DNA of 64,000 nucleotides, taken from Octopus vulgaris. Taxonomy: Eukaryota. Position numbers and translations under genes: made by a program. Every line of letters starts with the position of its first letter. The stretch's first letter is position 1. Below are positions 13,430 to 27,694 of the stretch, piece after piece. The stretch is taken from the NCBI GenBank assembly GCA_951406725.2, contig OX597818.1, forward strand, positions 122,388,001-122,452,000. Reading direction: 5' to 3'. Below the pieces are notes generated by a model. The model made no database searches. It worked only from the letters and a program-made list of their open reading frames with translations, and was not told the DNA's origin.

Positions 13430-13491
13430 TTTTATCTTATATATATATATATATATATATGTGTGTTTGTGTATGTATGTATGTATATATG

Positions 13492-13562
<71 letters not shown>

Positions 13563-13567
<5 letters not shown>

Positions 13568-15200
13568 AAAAGGAAGTGTTATAATGCTATTCCACATATA
13601 CAAAACAGCCATACCGACAATCCAAGATACCTCCATCATTAGCTGATCCACGGATATCATTATGGTTTCGACACCTGGGCAGTACCATTGAATCCAGCGG
13701 TGTCAACAGCACTAAGATAAGAATTGTTTGGGAACAAACATACCAAAGAAACTACAACTTTGTAACACATTTACTCTATGTACAACAGTATCAGTGAATA
13801 AATTCCAATAAGTAAATTAATAACCAACTCCTAAATATGTAACTAAACAGCGACCAAAGGTTTAAGTCATACATTGTATTCCTTACAGTCTTCCATGGTA
13901 TAATATAAAAATGAAAGCTTAATAACCACATTCATTCAATCTAAATATAGGCTGGATTAAACACTAACTATAAAATTAAACTACAACAAAGTAACACATA
14001 AATCTATGTACATCTGTTTCGGTATTAAAAGTAAACCTACAAAAACTAAATTATATTCGAAATAGCGACAAATAATAATCCCACCAGTCTTCCATAGTTA
14101 CTACTATAATAAAAAAAAGTGAAAGATTTATTTCAATTCTCTCTAAAACAAAACACGAATGAATTTAACTTAACGAATAATATAATAATTATGAGTGAAA
14201 TACATTATTATTTCACAATTCAAAAGTTAATATTAAAACACTATATACTCATTAATATATATTACCCATACAAACCTTAATGTAAACTTACTAGTAACTA
14301 ATAGAAACATTAAATTTATTAAACAGGAACTGTAAATAACTATTATTATAAAACCTTACTACGATTAAAGCTAAATTAAAACTGTTTAAAACAAAGTAAA
14401 TCAACAAAGAATTAACACTTACATGGTTTTTTAAACCGCTTGTTTCCGTCATCTCTAGTACTTAAAAGATTATCTTAACTATAAATGACGTAGTACTTAA
14501 TTACTACTTCCTCAACTGTCTCAAACAATATTGGTGACGTAGTAAGAAAATAACTTGAATCGTAAATATTGCAATATTTGCTAAGTTGAAGACGAGATGC
14601 TACCCCGTATTTATTTAAAATTTTAAGTCTCCCAACTAAACAGCAATTGAGTGTTTTTAACCAATTTACTTTATCTATACTCTTGTTTCGCTAACAGTTT
14701 ATTTATTCTATCCGAAAATTTATTAGCATTATTAATAATAGTACTACCTCTGACAATTTGCCCTGCAAAAACGCCATAACCAATAAAAGATGGAATTCTA
14801 CTCCTGAACCATGGCATTGAAGCCACTTGGGAACCAAAATCTTCTGTTTTATTATAAATGTCAGTACATATTTCATTATTATCCTTAATTACTACATTGA
14901 CATCTAAATAATTAATATTCCTTATTTTGTTGCCATTTTTGCAGGCTATAAGCTCACTAGGTTGTATCTTTCTCAGTAAAAATTCAAAGAAACCATAATT
15001 AGATATAAATGTATATATCTGAAAGACTTTGTGAAAATTACTTAATACAGTTTTTAAGTATAAAAGAGATGGAGTAAGTTCTTTAAAAACTTATTTTTAA
15101 AAAACAGTTCTAAAATCTTTTACCAGGATCTTACAAACCTTTTTTGGAAGAAATGTTTTCCTAGTATGTGAGTGCTTTCAAACATAGTAGTTTTCGTTAA
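13563..15200 (-). mobile_element. Penelope-like remnant with Naiad/Chlamys-like RT C-terminus and long 3' region
   Basis: Minus-strand peptide FRYI..KIQPSEL..INYLDVNV..TDIYNKTEDFG..SRIPSFIGYGVFAGQIVR (about 14670-15030); degenerate HHR-like fold at about 13640-13716; left boundary inferred. Confidence 0.65.
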
Positions 15201-15249
15201 TGTATGAATGAGGAAGTTGCTATTTTTGTAGTAGTTGTAGTGTTAATTA

Positions 15250-16345
15250 TTTCTGGTTTATTTTCTGACTTAGGGTTCTCATGAAGTATTCGTCATTTGT
15301 CTTTCATAGTGAGTCATAAATATTCTTTTACCATTGTTTATTATATGGAGTTTTGGTTTGACTTCGGATTTAGAATTCTTATAAATAATTCTTTTGCCTT
15401 TTGTAGTTGAACATTAACTTGGGATAATTTTGTTTCTGAAGGAATATATTAAGTCGTTTCTCTCATCAAACGGTATTTGTTTGTGATTGTTGAGAATATG
15501 CGCCTTGCCATGTTAAATTGTATGTTCCTTTTTGTATGGAACGGGTGGCAAGATCTATAATCTAAATATTGGTTTGTTTCTGTGTTCTTGTAGTAGAAGT
15601 CAGTTGTAACTGTTTCATTTTCTATAATTATCAGAATATTCAGAAAGAGGAGTTCCTTTTCATTCATTTCCACAGTGAAATTTTGTAAGGTCGTCCTTCC
15701 CTTGGTTCCAAAATATGAAGCATACATCGAAGAACGTTTTCCAGTTTCCTATAATATATGTTTGGAAGTGGTGGTCAAAAGTAATTCTGGATTTTCTGTT
15801 AGGAATCCCATTACTAGTGTGAAAAATTACTAGTTGGTGCGACTTTCGTCCCCATTGCAGTGCCTTGAATTTGTTTATAATATTGATTATCTAAGAAGTA
15901 GTTGTTTTCAGTACCATCTGTAGACGCTCAAGTATAAATTCTTTGGAGAATCTCTCCTGAATCTTTTCTGGGTGTTTGTTTGTCAAGAATTCTACTGCTT
16001 CTAGTCCATATATATGTGGAATATTTGTGTAGAGACTAGTTACGTCAGCGCTAACTAGCATTATTTTTCATCTACCCGTTCTGGGACATGGTTTAAGATA
16101 TCCATGCCATCTCTGATGAAACTGGGAGCTAACATGCATTAAGGTTTTTAAATCATGTCAAACAAGCTACTTAATCTTTGGGTGCTTGATGCTGGTCCTG
16201 CAACATTCGGACGTAATTTGAGATCAGTTGGTTTGAGAATCTTTACATATGGAGTAAAGATGTCTTTTAATCTGTTGCTTATCTATTTGGATTTATGGAT
16301 TTTAGGAAGTCCATAAAAGTTACTCGCTTTCAATTCTAAATTAGT
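15250..16345 (-). pseudogene. Penelope-like reverse transcriptase remnant (different RT type)
   Basis: FYGLPKIHK, LRPNVAGP, DVTSLYTNIP, YKQIQGTAMGTKVAP, TDFYYKNT..QYLDYRSCHP..RNI.FNMARRI, with stops and frameshifts. Confidence 0.9.
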
Positions 16346-16379
16346 GACAATTCATCCTGTTCAGAAAACGTCGATGAAC

Positions 16380-16660
16380 GCTTTTCCATAGTAGCGAGCT
16401 AAGCACGCCGAGCAAATCCGCTTGGCAAAGATTGACCTTGAATTCTGCTGTGTATGTGCACTAAATGTTAACGTTCTAGCTCACTTTCGTTGTTTACAAC
16501 AGTGCTTGGAAGGAAGGTGTGTAGCGTATGATCATCGCAATGACCATGACGGAAAAAAATTGAGGAGAGAATCTGCATAAAAGTTTGACAAAAGCTTGGT
16601 GATACCTGTTCAGAGACCTACGCAACGTTTTCAAAAAGTTTTTCATCGTTCTCGACACAA
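16380..16660 (+). mobile_element. mariner-like transposon 5' fragment
   Basis: From 16546, frameshifted MTEK.EERICIK..QKLGDTCSETYA, typical of mariner N-terminal HTH. Confidence 0.55.
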
Positions 16661-16699
16661 GCAAGGTGGATTTGGAAAATTAAAATGAATAAGCAAGAG

Positions 16700-17123
16700 G
16701 CACATGCTGGATTGGCCTTGTGTTTATATGATTAATCCTGGTGTACCGGTTGACGAAGACCCCGCCTAGCAAATTATTTTATTTGTTAAAAAGGTCAGAA
16801 ACCATGGTCCAGGAAATAGATGGTAAATGTTTTTATTGTTCATTCCATTCGAGATTTGATCCCTAATTAGTGGTTTGGATTTTAAGTGTTCCTTCTAGCG
16901 TAACGGAGTCCTATGATGGATACCTTTTAATGTGTTTAAATGTACACTGTATTTTATATGAATAATATATAGTCTATTGACTAATTTTTCTATATGCTAG
17001 GCGACTGATAATAAACATTTCTAAAATATTTATTACCCTGATATTATTAATTATGTATATATATATATATTTTTCTCTCTAGTTCCAGCTCAGAGCTGCG
17101 GCCTTGCTAATGCACGTCGTTAA

Positions 17124-17164
<41 letters not shown>

Positions 17165-17383
17165 ATTAATAATATCAGGGTAATAACGATTTTAGAAAGT
17201 TTTACTACCAGTGGCTTAGCGTATAGAAAAATTAGTCAATAGTCAAAGACTATATATTATTCATATAAAATACAGTGTACATTTAAACACATTAAAATGT
17301 ATCAATCATAGGACTGCCTTACGCTAAAAGAAACAGCTAAAGTTCAAACCACTATTTAGGGATAAAATCTCGAAGGGAATGAA
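16700..17383. mobile_element. PLE pseudo-LTR-like tail with degenerate HHR (16750-16813, +) and a tail-to-tail inverted copy
   Basis: TTGACGA A GACC..GGTC A GAAAC CATG GTC; arms 16839-17056 and 17160-17383 inverted around (TA)n. Confidence 0.65.
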
Positions 17384-17684
17384 AAATTATAATATATATA
17401 TATATATTTATATTATAAAGACAACGACACAAATTCAGTGCCGACAGGTATGTAAGAAATGCATCTCGTTGCAAGGATACAAGTATAATTACCTACCTAC
17501 GTACCTACCTACGGACGTACCTACCTAGCTACCTACCTACCTACCTACCTACCTACCTACCTATCTACCTACCTACCTACCTACCTACCTACCTACATAC
17601 ATACATACATACATACATACATACATACATACATTCATACATACGTCCATACATACGTATGTACATGTATACACACATATTTAC

Positions 17685-18060
17685 ACAGGAGATCAGCTGG
17701 TTTCTTGACATGAATGTAGTTAGAAATGTAGAAAAGAAAGAAGATATCTATGGACCATTGATAAGGTGTTTGCAAATGCAGTACCCAAGTTACACGTTCC
17801 ACTTCATACTTATTATTCTTGGAGTAACATGATACCTACCCATTATTACTGGAGCAATAGGTTACATACCTGAATGTGGAACCTTGGGTTAAGAATCAAA
17901 CCCTTAATTCGTATGCTCTCAATGATCACGGTATCTGGGACTATAAAAATCTGTAAGACCTTGAGATTTAAAAGGTGACAGTTAAGACAAGTTACTTTCC
18001 TTTCCAACCTTGCTATCAAGTAGGTGGCAGATCAAAAGAAAGCGAAAACCATACATTCTC
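17685..18060 (+). mobile_element. 3' fragment of an REL-endonuclease non-LTR retrotransposon
   Basis: EIS..LDMNV..KKEDIYGPL..LQMQYP.Y.F..IILG and PIITGAIGYIP..SGTIKICKT; between (TACA)n-type repeats. Confidence 0.6.
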
Positions 18061-18360
18061 ACATGCATATATATACATGCATACTTACATAATACAGGCA
18101 TACATACGCAAATGGATGCATGTATATTTGTTTTCTTGAACCTGCGGCCAAACTGAGGTACTGCCCAAAATGGTTTAGTTTAAGCATATTGTCACTAGTA
18201 CTTATATTTTAAAGCCTGCTATTTTTCTCTATCCAGTATTTTCCTAGATAACAGGGAATTTAAACAATCCACAACGGGTTGCGAAACAGTGGCAGTCAAA
18301 CACAAAGACAGGCACATGAACATATACATGGACACTCGCCCCACCCCATATATGTATATC

Positions 18361-18400
<40 letters not shown>

Positions 18401-18429
18401 GTGTGTGTATGTGCATGTGTGTGTGTGTA

Positions 18430-18600
18430 GTCAATTCAAATAAGCGAACAATAAAAGTAACCAACAGACGAGAGAACGTGAACAAGGAATGTGTATGCTT
18501 GACGTTCAGTAAAAGGGGAGAGCTTTTGACGTTTCGAGTATAGCTCTTCGTCGGACAGGAAATAAAGATAACTCCAGAGAAGGAAGGAAATCACCAACAT
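18430..18600 (-). mobile_element. Short PLE pseudo-LTR-like repeat with HHR motif (18523-18558)
   Basis: Minus strand CCGACGA A GAG ctata CTC GAAAC GTC aaaag. Confidence 0.6.
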
Positions 18601-19570
18601 ACATGCATATATGACTAGTTATTTAGTCAATGTATTATATCTATAATATGATCTACAAATGGATAGATGGGGGTGAACTTTAAGATGAACTCAAATTTCT
18701 CTAGAGTATGTTCCAAAGTCTTTTCCCTCTTTTATTTATGTAGGACTCTTTGTGGTGAATATCAAAAGCATAAATTGCTAGGTGGTTGAATGGTAAGAAT
18801 TTGTGATAAAACAGACATTGCATTCTACGTTAACAGCGTGAATTATTTTAATGAGAATTCTTCTATTCCTGGCTTCACTTACCTTTTTGGTGCTTAATGC
18901 TTCATTGATAAATTACTGTTTCAAACTATTTGCATTCGGCATTTGCATTTTGTTCCATATTCAAACAGAACAAGCATTCGGTATATTTACAACATTAGAT
19001 GTATTATGTACCAAAGAAATTTAAATAACAGGTTTTTAAATAATACACTGCCTAGCGTAACATTTAATGGTGGGAGGCTTGCCAACACAGTTTAATCATA
19101 TTTAAAGGCAACAATTGTATTCAAGTTCCTCGACCTCTTGTAAAAACAATACACTCCACGTGACACAGTCGTCTGCTACAAAGCTGTCTGTAACGCTGAT
19201 CTATATTCTTTTTTCTCTTCGAGGATGACCGACATTTTAAAGCAATTACTAAGATTATATTAGTGCAAATTCACACACCCACACCCACACACACACGTGT
19301 GTGTATTCAAAACAGATCAAGATACCGTCCATTTTTATTGGTGAACATATGAAAAAGTTCCTTTTATACACTTGCCTTGAAAATTATAAATCAATGTCTA
19401 TACAATGGTTGATACGAAAATATGCATACACGCTGTATGACATGTGTATCTGTCTGTGAGTCTGCCTATGTCAATCTGCCTGTCTGTCTATCCGTCTGTC
19501 CGTCCGTCCGTCCGTGCGGCCGTCTGTCTATCTATCTATATGTCTATCTATCTATATATTTATATATCTA

Positions 19571-19652
<82 letters not shown>

Positions 19653-20272
19653 GATGACCCCTATGACTTGTCAACTGATGATGTATAATTACATGTGGTT
19701 GGAGAGGTGTAATAAGTCTGAAATATGCCAGTTGCTCACACCAGTTGGTTCTAAGCATTACATTCGTCCAAATGGTCTGCTCAACAGATATTATTGGACT
19801 TATCTCTATTACACACTTTTACTGGATGCTTAAACAGCCTTAGAGGGATATTCTGGCTGCTAATCGCTTGGATAATTTTAGTCGATTGAATATCGTCTAC
19901 TGAGCATATTACATAAGCGAGAACCAACAATATATGCATACCCACAAACTCTCCTTTTTTCTCCCTCACACACACATAACGACAAACACACCCACACACA
20001 AACACACACACAAACACACTCACGCACGAACATATACACACACATATATACATATATATGAGTATGTATATGTGTGTATTTGTACATATATATATATATG
20101 TATATATATGTATATAATTATACATATGCATATATGAGTATTTATATGTTTATATATATATATATAAACATATACATACACATATGTATATGCACATATA
20201 CACGCAAATACATTTATATATATATATACGTATATACATACATACATACATATATATATACATACATACATA

Positions 20273-20326
<54 letters not shown>

Positions 20327-21636
20327 CACGTACATATATATATATATATATGTGTGTGTGTCTTAGTGTGTCAGTGTGTGTGTATATAAGGCGAGGGTGG
20401 GGAATGGAAAATAGGATGTTTTACACACGGACGCTTCTAGAAATACAGAATTACAGACGTACATATATACAATATGTAAAGAATTTCGCCCACATTCCAC
20501 GGTTTTATTTATCTGATTTGTATTCATAATATGCAGTTCAGTACATCAAAGCAATACAATTATTCATGTATGTACATGTGTGTGCGTTTGTGTGTATATG
20601 TGTGTGGCTGTGTATGTATGTGTGTGTATGCATGTGTGTGTGTGTGTACGATATGTGCATAACTTCTTATACAGCGACATGTAAGAGATCTAGAAATGTT
20701 TTTATATTCATTAAATATGAATGATAATTAAGTGAAGCAACTACATACATCAGATACAATCAAACGATCAACTTAAAAATTTCTTTTTTTCTCTCTTTAA
20801 TTCTCACCACTCGCTCTGTTAAGGTCATGTTGCCTTTTCGCTATTGATCTCAATATTACGTACAACAGCCTCTGTGTATTTTCTCTTGCTTTTCTCAGCT
20901 CTTGTTATTGCTTAGCTACGAAGTCAGCCATGATTGAACATACACGTTATAAAAAGGCATCCCAGTCGTAATCATGCCACCGTTTTGTATATCTGGAACC
21001 GCAATGTCCAATATGATATTTTAGGGACATCAAGGGTGTGATTTGAATGAATTTGGTTGTTATATTTTGCATTTCGACCTATCCCGCAGATGTTCCCGCG
21101 TCTGCATTCAATTCTTTTCGTTTGTGGACTTAATCGAATGCTCGCTATAACTTCTCTCCATATCTCTTATTTACTCTTTCTTTCTCTCGCTTCCTTTATA
21201 CACGGAAAAGCATGACTGGAGAAATTAAATATAAGAAAAACGAAAATTTATATTGGCTATTAACAAACAGAAAAGTGGGATCCTCGTCATATGATGCGTA
21301 CTTTCAAATGAAAATTATTCGTTATCTTAGAATAATGTTAGATAAACTAAAATTCTCATTTGTATAATTTCTGCCATAACTACTGCCATTTACTCTGTCT
21401 CCTCTTCTCCTTTGCTCCGTCCTCTGTTAATTTTTCTCCTACTCGACAGTCTCTAGATTTTTCTGTTGCATTGTGTGTAAGTGTGCTACCTTTCTTTACT
21501 CATTGCCTGCCCATAAGCCTAGTATGTGTACCCATCACGCTCCTCTTATGTTAAATATATATCGCTCGTTTACTCTCTTCCTCAGTATATATGATATAAA
21601 ATTTGAGAGGAGGAATGGACAAACTATTATTTCTAT

Positions 21637-21735
<99 letters not shown>

Positions 21736-21821
21736 TGTCTGTATGTCTGTCTATTTATCTATCTGTGTGTCTGCCTGTCTGCCTGCGTGTCTGTCTGCCT
21801 GTATGTCGGTTTTTCTGATTA

Positions 21822-21899
<78 letters not shown>

Positions 21900-22345
21900 C
21901 CTGCCTGTCTGTCTCTGTGTGTGCTTCACTCACTTTCTGTTTGTCTGTCTCTCTGTCTTTCTTTGCATATATATATATATACACATGTATGAGTGTGTGT
22001 TTAGTATATGTAGCTATTTGTGTATCGTACTTTCAATTTGATGTCCAGAAATTTGTACAAAGTTATCTTCAGAATCGTCATCATTCTTCAGCGCACTTCC
22101 GCACGAGTTGAGGAAGTAAACGACAAGATATGTTGCAGACAGTGACATGGTCGCGCGATCATAAACACATAAGCTCACACAGACATATACATAACTGTAT
22201 ACAAACATATACATACATACACCCATACGTATGTATGTATATATATCTCTCTCTCTATGTATAAGTATATTCATTTACATATATATATATATATACAAAT
22301 ATATATGTATATATATATGTGTACATATATGTATACATACATATA

Positions 22346-22394
<49 letters not shown>

Positions 22395-23516
22395 GTATAT
22401 ATATGTATATATATGTATATGAATATACTTATACATACGCACGCACAGGTAGACACATACACATGTGCTGTGATGAATCGTCAAAGTAGCTGGACTAAAA
22501 ACTAGCGAGTAGATTAATAGTCTGCACTTTGGAGATAGAAATCTCCCTTACAAAAGTTATTATATTCGCCAACGAACGAAATATATAGATCCATATAAGA
22601 TATTAGTTCACCAGGAAACTGAAAATACGCCATTCCATTCTGCTAGAAGAATAAGATGAAGATAAGATTTTGCTATGATATCTAAATGGGTCACTGCATC
22701 TTTATAAATGCCAAGGTAACGAGTTTCTCCATAACATCTAGCATTGGTTAAGATGCTTAAACAAAATTCTTCGAAGTGTGGAATAAATATAATACAAAAG
22801 GTAAGAGCTATTTAGCCTCACCATCATCAATACACTCAGTCTAGAAACTATCAAAGACCGTATCAGTCGAATAAGTTTGACATCGACAGAATTAATAATT
22901 TAGTATATAAAAGCTTTTTGTCGTTATAATAAATCCAGAGACTACATGCAACGCGTTCACTGGTTGTATTTTGCTTACATTCGTTTATATTAGGATTTAT
23001 TTTAAAATGCGCTTCTCTTGGCCATTTATAGTTGGTTCTAGTTAAACAAGTTCAGAGAATAGTTAAAAATTATTACGCCACTTTTTATAAACAAAGAAGT
23101 GAAGCCTTTATGCGATATCTTTGCTTGAAATGATAGCAGTATGTCTCTCTCATATTACGACCTATTATCGTAAAAAAGAACATATTCGAGATATGTATAG
23201 TAAAGAAATTATAGGGTGTTCATGGCTGGAACAACTATGTCTGCACAGTAGTTGTTGGCTTGAAGTTTAATACAAACTAAAAATTATTGATTTTGTTTAC
23301 TTGATACTATAAAACATTTGTTTCTAAGCAGGGTGTTGCGATAACCTACGGTATAGATTTTGGAACCCACAAATCTTTGAAAGCATCTAGGGTTCTGTGA
23401 GATAGGATTTCATGAAAATATCGTGTTCAGTGAAAAAGTGCTGGGTTCTGCTAGATAAAGTGGGATTTTAATGGAATTTAATGAAAATGTATTTCATAAA
23501 AATGCAGTTATAGTTA

Positions 23517-23808
23517 TTATTACCTCTGCCTTAGCGAAGGCGGAGGTATTGTTTTCAGTCGTGTTTGTTTATTTGTTGGTTTGTCCGTGGATAAGATATC
23601 TCAAGAATCACAGGATAGATTCGGATGAAACGTTCAGGGATGTTTAGCCACGTGACAGGCACGAACTGATTAGATTTTGTGATTCTGGATTATTTTGCTG
23701 TATTTGTTTTTACTTAATTTTTCAAAGCGGTCGGGTTAATTTTTAGCATTCGCGTTTGTGAGAGCAGTCAAGTTTATTTTAGATATTCTCATTTAAAAAA
23801 ATCATCAA
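23517..23808 (+). mobile_element. Helentron-associated/DINE-1-like non-autonomous element, one end only
   Basis: ttattACCTCTGCC ttagcga aGGCGGAGGT hairpin followed by a (TTTG)-type microsatellite. Confidence 0.6.
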
Positions 23809-23811
23809 CGC

Positions 23812-25225
23812 CACCTTCCTTTCAGTCAACATTCAGTCTCTGTCTCACTTTCTCTCTTTCACTCTCTCTCTCTGTTCCTTCTCTCTCTTGCTTTGCCACT
23901 CGCTTCAACTATACCTCCCCTGCTTAACACCTTTTATTTGTCTTTTTCTTTGTACCTCTGTAACTGTAGAATATAACAGTAACATCCGCAGCTATTTGCC
24001 GAGAGAGAGAGGTAGAGAAAGAGAGAGAGAAAGAGACAGACAGAGGGAGAGAGAGTGTGCGTGAGAGAGAGAGAGAGAGCCGCAGAGAAGATAACTGTGA
24101 GATAGATAGATAGAAAGATAGATAGATAGATTGATAGGTAGGTAGGTAGGTAGGTCGATAGGTAGATACATAAACAGACAAGCAATTTCCATATTTTCAA
24201 CTGCTTTATCATATATCATCGAAAAGGAAAAGTTTTCCAGCTTTTTGTCTATGATGATATGAGAACGGTTTTATTGTATTTCAATATAATTCTGTATTCA
24301 CTCCCTTCACTCAATCTATCTGTCTAACTCTCCCTTTCTCTGTCTTCCCCTACCTTCCCTCATCCCTGTCTACGACTGCTTACCTGTCCCTCAACCTCCT
24401 GCGTTCAACACGTTATCTCCGCTCTCCACCCTCTCTCTCTCTCTTCCTCTCCATCCCCTCTTCTACCTCTATGTCTCCTTGCCTCTCACAGATCTTCCTG
24501 CGGTAACGAAAGTAAAAGTGACATCCAATATTGGCTGTGGTTATATGGCGTTGACTTAACAATGTGTCAATGTATCTGTGTATGCACTCTTCTTTCGATG
24601 CATGTAAGTGTCTACTCTGTAAATACTGATAAACATTCAAAAGTACAAAACGAACAGCACCTTCCTTTCGGTCACCACTTAAACTGTCTCTCACTTTCAC
24701 TTTTTCTCTGCCACTCCCCCCTCTCGCTTTGCCACTTACTTCATCTATACCTCGCCTGCTTCACACCTTTAATTTCCCTTTCTATTTGTAGCTCTCCGTT
24801 CAAATGTAGAAAAGTAATAGTAACACCCACAGCTATTTGTTGATAGATAGATAGAAAAAAAGAAAGAGAGAGAGGGAGAGAGAGGGAGGGAGTGAGAGAG
24901 AGAGAGGGAGGGAGTGAGAGAGAGAGAGGCAGACAGTGAGAATAACTTAAAGATAGATAGATAAGTAGATAGATAGATAGGCAACATTTATTTTTGCAAT
25001 TTCCATATTTTCAACTGCTTTGTCATATATCGCCGGAAACAAGTTTTCCAGCGTTTTGTCTGCGACAATTGTCTTTCACCATTATTCTGTATCCACTCCC
25101 TTCCTTCACTCAATCTATCTGTTTAACTCTTACCTCTTCTCCCCTCTCTCTCTCTTCCCCTCCATCCCTCTCACTCCTCTATGTGTTTTTGCCTCGCATC
25201 ATCCTACTGCGTTTAACGCGTTATA
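23812..25225. repeat. Old diverged direct duplication (about 23812-24416 vs 24658-25225)
   Basis: Shared collinear blocks caccttcctt, cagctatttg, gcaatttccatattttcaactgcttt and cactcaatctatctgt. Confidence 0.8.
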
Positions 25226-25287
25226 TTTGTTACCTGTCAATGCTATGAATCTCCTCTTTCTCACTCTCTGTCTATCCCTCCTCTTTA

Positions 25288-25522
25288 CCTATTTCTTTAC
25301 TACCCACAAGGGGCTAAACACAGAAGTGACAAACAAGGGCAGACAAACGGATTAAGTCGATTACATCGACCCCAGTGCGTAACTGGTACTCAATTTATCG
25401 ACCCCGAAAGGATGAAAGGCAAAGTCGACCTCGGTGGAATTTGAACGCAGAACGTAACGGCAGACGAAATACGGCTACGCATTTCGCCCGGCGTACTAAC
25501 GATTCTGCCATCGCGCCGCCTT
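25288..25522 (-). mobile_element. SINE family C
   Basis: Reverse complement of 10901-11127. Confidence 0.88.
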
Positions 25523-25667
25523 ATCCCACCTCTTTACCGTTTTGCTTCTCACTTCAGTTATACTTCCTCTGCTTAAGTTTTATTTCTCTCTTTTTACTTC
25601 TTCTTTTGAAATAAGTGTGTCACACATCAAAAATAAGTGCGCAGGTATTGGCATATTAGCATATTAA

Positions 25668-25754
<87 letters not shown>

Positions 25755-25757
25755 TTA

Positions 25758-25795
<38 letters not shown>

Positions 25796-25796
25796 T

Positions 25797-26351
25797 AGTG
25801 AGAGAGCAGTTCATGCCATCAACTTGACACTGGGGTAAAATATACGAAGCCCAATATACTCATCATGACTACCCGTCTGATAAGGGTACACCAGGCACAT
25901 GCATCACAACCATATGTGCGCGACATGGTGATCTCATATCAAGATAAACAGCACATGACCTTGCAGGTGGGGCCCAGTTAGAATTTTCTTCAGGTTGAGT
26001 AGCCCATCCCGCTCAAAGGGTCCCTGAATAAGGGTTGTTTAAGGATGTTGAAAGAAACACCCATGTTTCCAGAGGTGAATTATTCAAACCTCAAAGAATT
26101 CCTCTCAACACATAGCTATGATGCTCCCCCACTATTTCTGCTAGTGATCAGAGATGCACATATCGTCAGCCATTAAGGGACATGCTCAACTGGTTAAGGT
26201 CAAACAACTGACAAGCAAATCTGTGGTATTGAGCAGAATATTTGCTGTAGCCCATTTTTTATACCAAGACAAAACAATGTACATGATAACACCTCCAATC
26301 AGTTAAGATCAGAAGCCATGAGAGCCACTGCCTGGTACTGCATCAGGGCAT
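25797..26351 (-). mobile_element. 555-bp (TAA)n-associated element, family E, copy 1
   Basis: Four homologous copies, all within TTA/TAA arrays; strand inferred from the truncation pattern. Confidence 0.85.
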
Positions 26352-26353
26352 TT

Positions 26354-26395
<42 letters not shown>

Positions 26396-26418
26396 GTTGT
26401 TGTTGTTGTTGTTGTTGC

Positions 26419-26523
<105 letters not shown>

Positions 26524-26528
26524 TATTA

Positions 26529-26587
<59 letters not shown>

Positions 26588-26629
26588 GTTGTTGTTGTTG
26601 TTGTTGTTGCTGTTAAAATTATTATTATT

Positions 26630-27163
26630 GAGTGAAAGAGCAGTGCATGCCATCAAAGAGATACTGGGGTAAAATATACGAAGCCCTCATGACTACCTGT
26701 TCGATAAGGGTACACCAGAAACATGCATCACAACTATATATGCGCATTTATCAAGATAAATAGCTCATGACCCTGCTGGTAGGGCCCAGTTAGAATTTTC
26801 TTCAGAGTTGAGTCGCCCATTCCGCTCAAAATGTCCCTGAAAAAGGTTCGTTTAAGGATGTTGAACAAAACATCCATACTTCCAAAGGTAAATTATCCAA
26901 ACACTAAAGAATTCCTCTAAACACATGGCTATGATGCTCCCCCACTACTCCAGCTCGTGAACAGAGATGCACATATCGTTAGCCACTAAGGGACATGCTC
27001 AACTGGGACAGATCTAGCAACTGACAGGCAAATCTGTGGTATTTAGTAGAATATTTGCTGTAGCCCATCTTTTATACTAACACAAAACACTGTACATGTT
27101 AATACTGCCAATCAGTTAAGAACAGAAGTCATGACCCACTGACTGGTACTGCATCAGAGCATT
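26630..27163 (-). mobile_element. Family E copy 2
   Basis: Collinear with 25797-26351, same two ends. Confidence 0.85.
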
Positions 27164-27181
27164 TATTTTTATTATTATTAC

Positions 27182-27242
<61 letters not shown>

Positions 27243-27297
27243 ATTATTATTATTATTATTATTATTATTATTTTATTATTATTATTATTATTATTAC

Positions 27298-27372
<75 letters not shown>

Positions 27373-27492
27373 CATCATTATTATTATTATTAATATTAAT
27401 ATTATTACTGCTATCTGGACCCGTGAAAAATTCACGGAAAATATAAATGTATCCTGATGCTATGAGAAATGTTTCCGTATCGTGGCCTTTAA

Positions 27493-27690
27493 AGGCGGCG
27501 TGCTGGCAGAATCGTTAGCACGCCGGGGAAATGCTTAGCGTTCTTTACGTTCTGAGTTCAGTTTCTGTCGAGGTCGTCTTTGCCTTTCATACTTTCGGGG
27601 TCGATAAATTAAGTACTAGATGCGTACTGCGGTCGATCTAATCGACTGGCCTACAAAATTTCAGGATTTGTGCCTATGATAAAAAAGTAT
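27493..27690 (+). mobile_element. SINE family C, alternative 3' tail
   Basis: Same head and Meta-like block; tail atcgactggcc..aaatttcagg..ttgtgcct. Confidence 0.8.
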
Positions 27691-27694
27691 ATTG

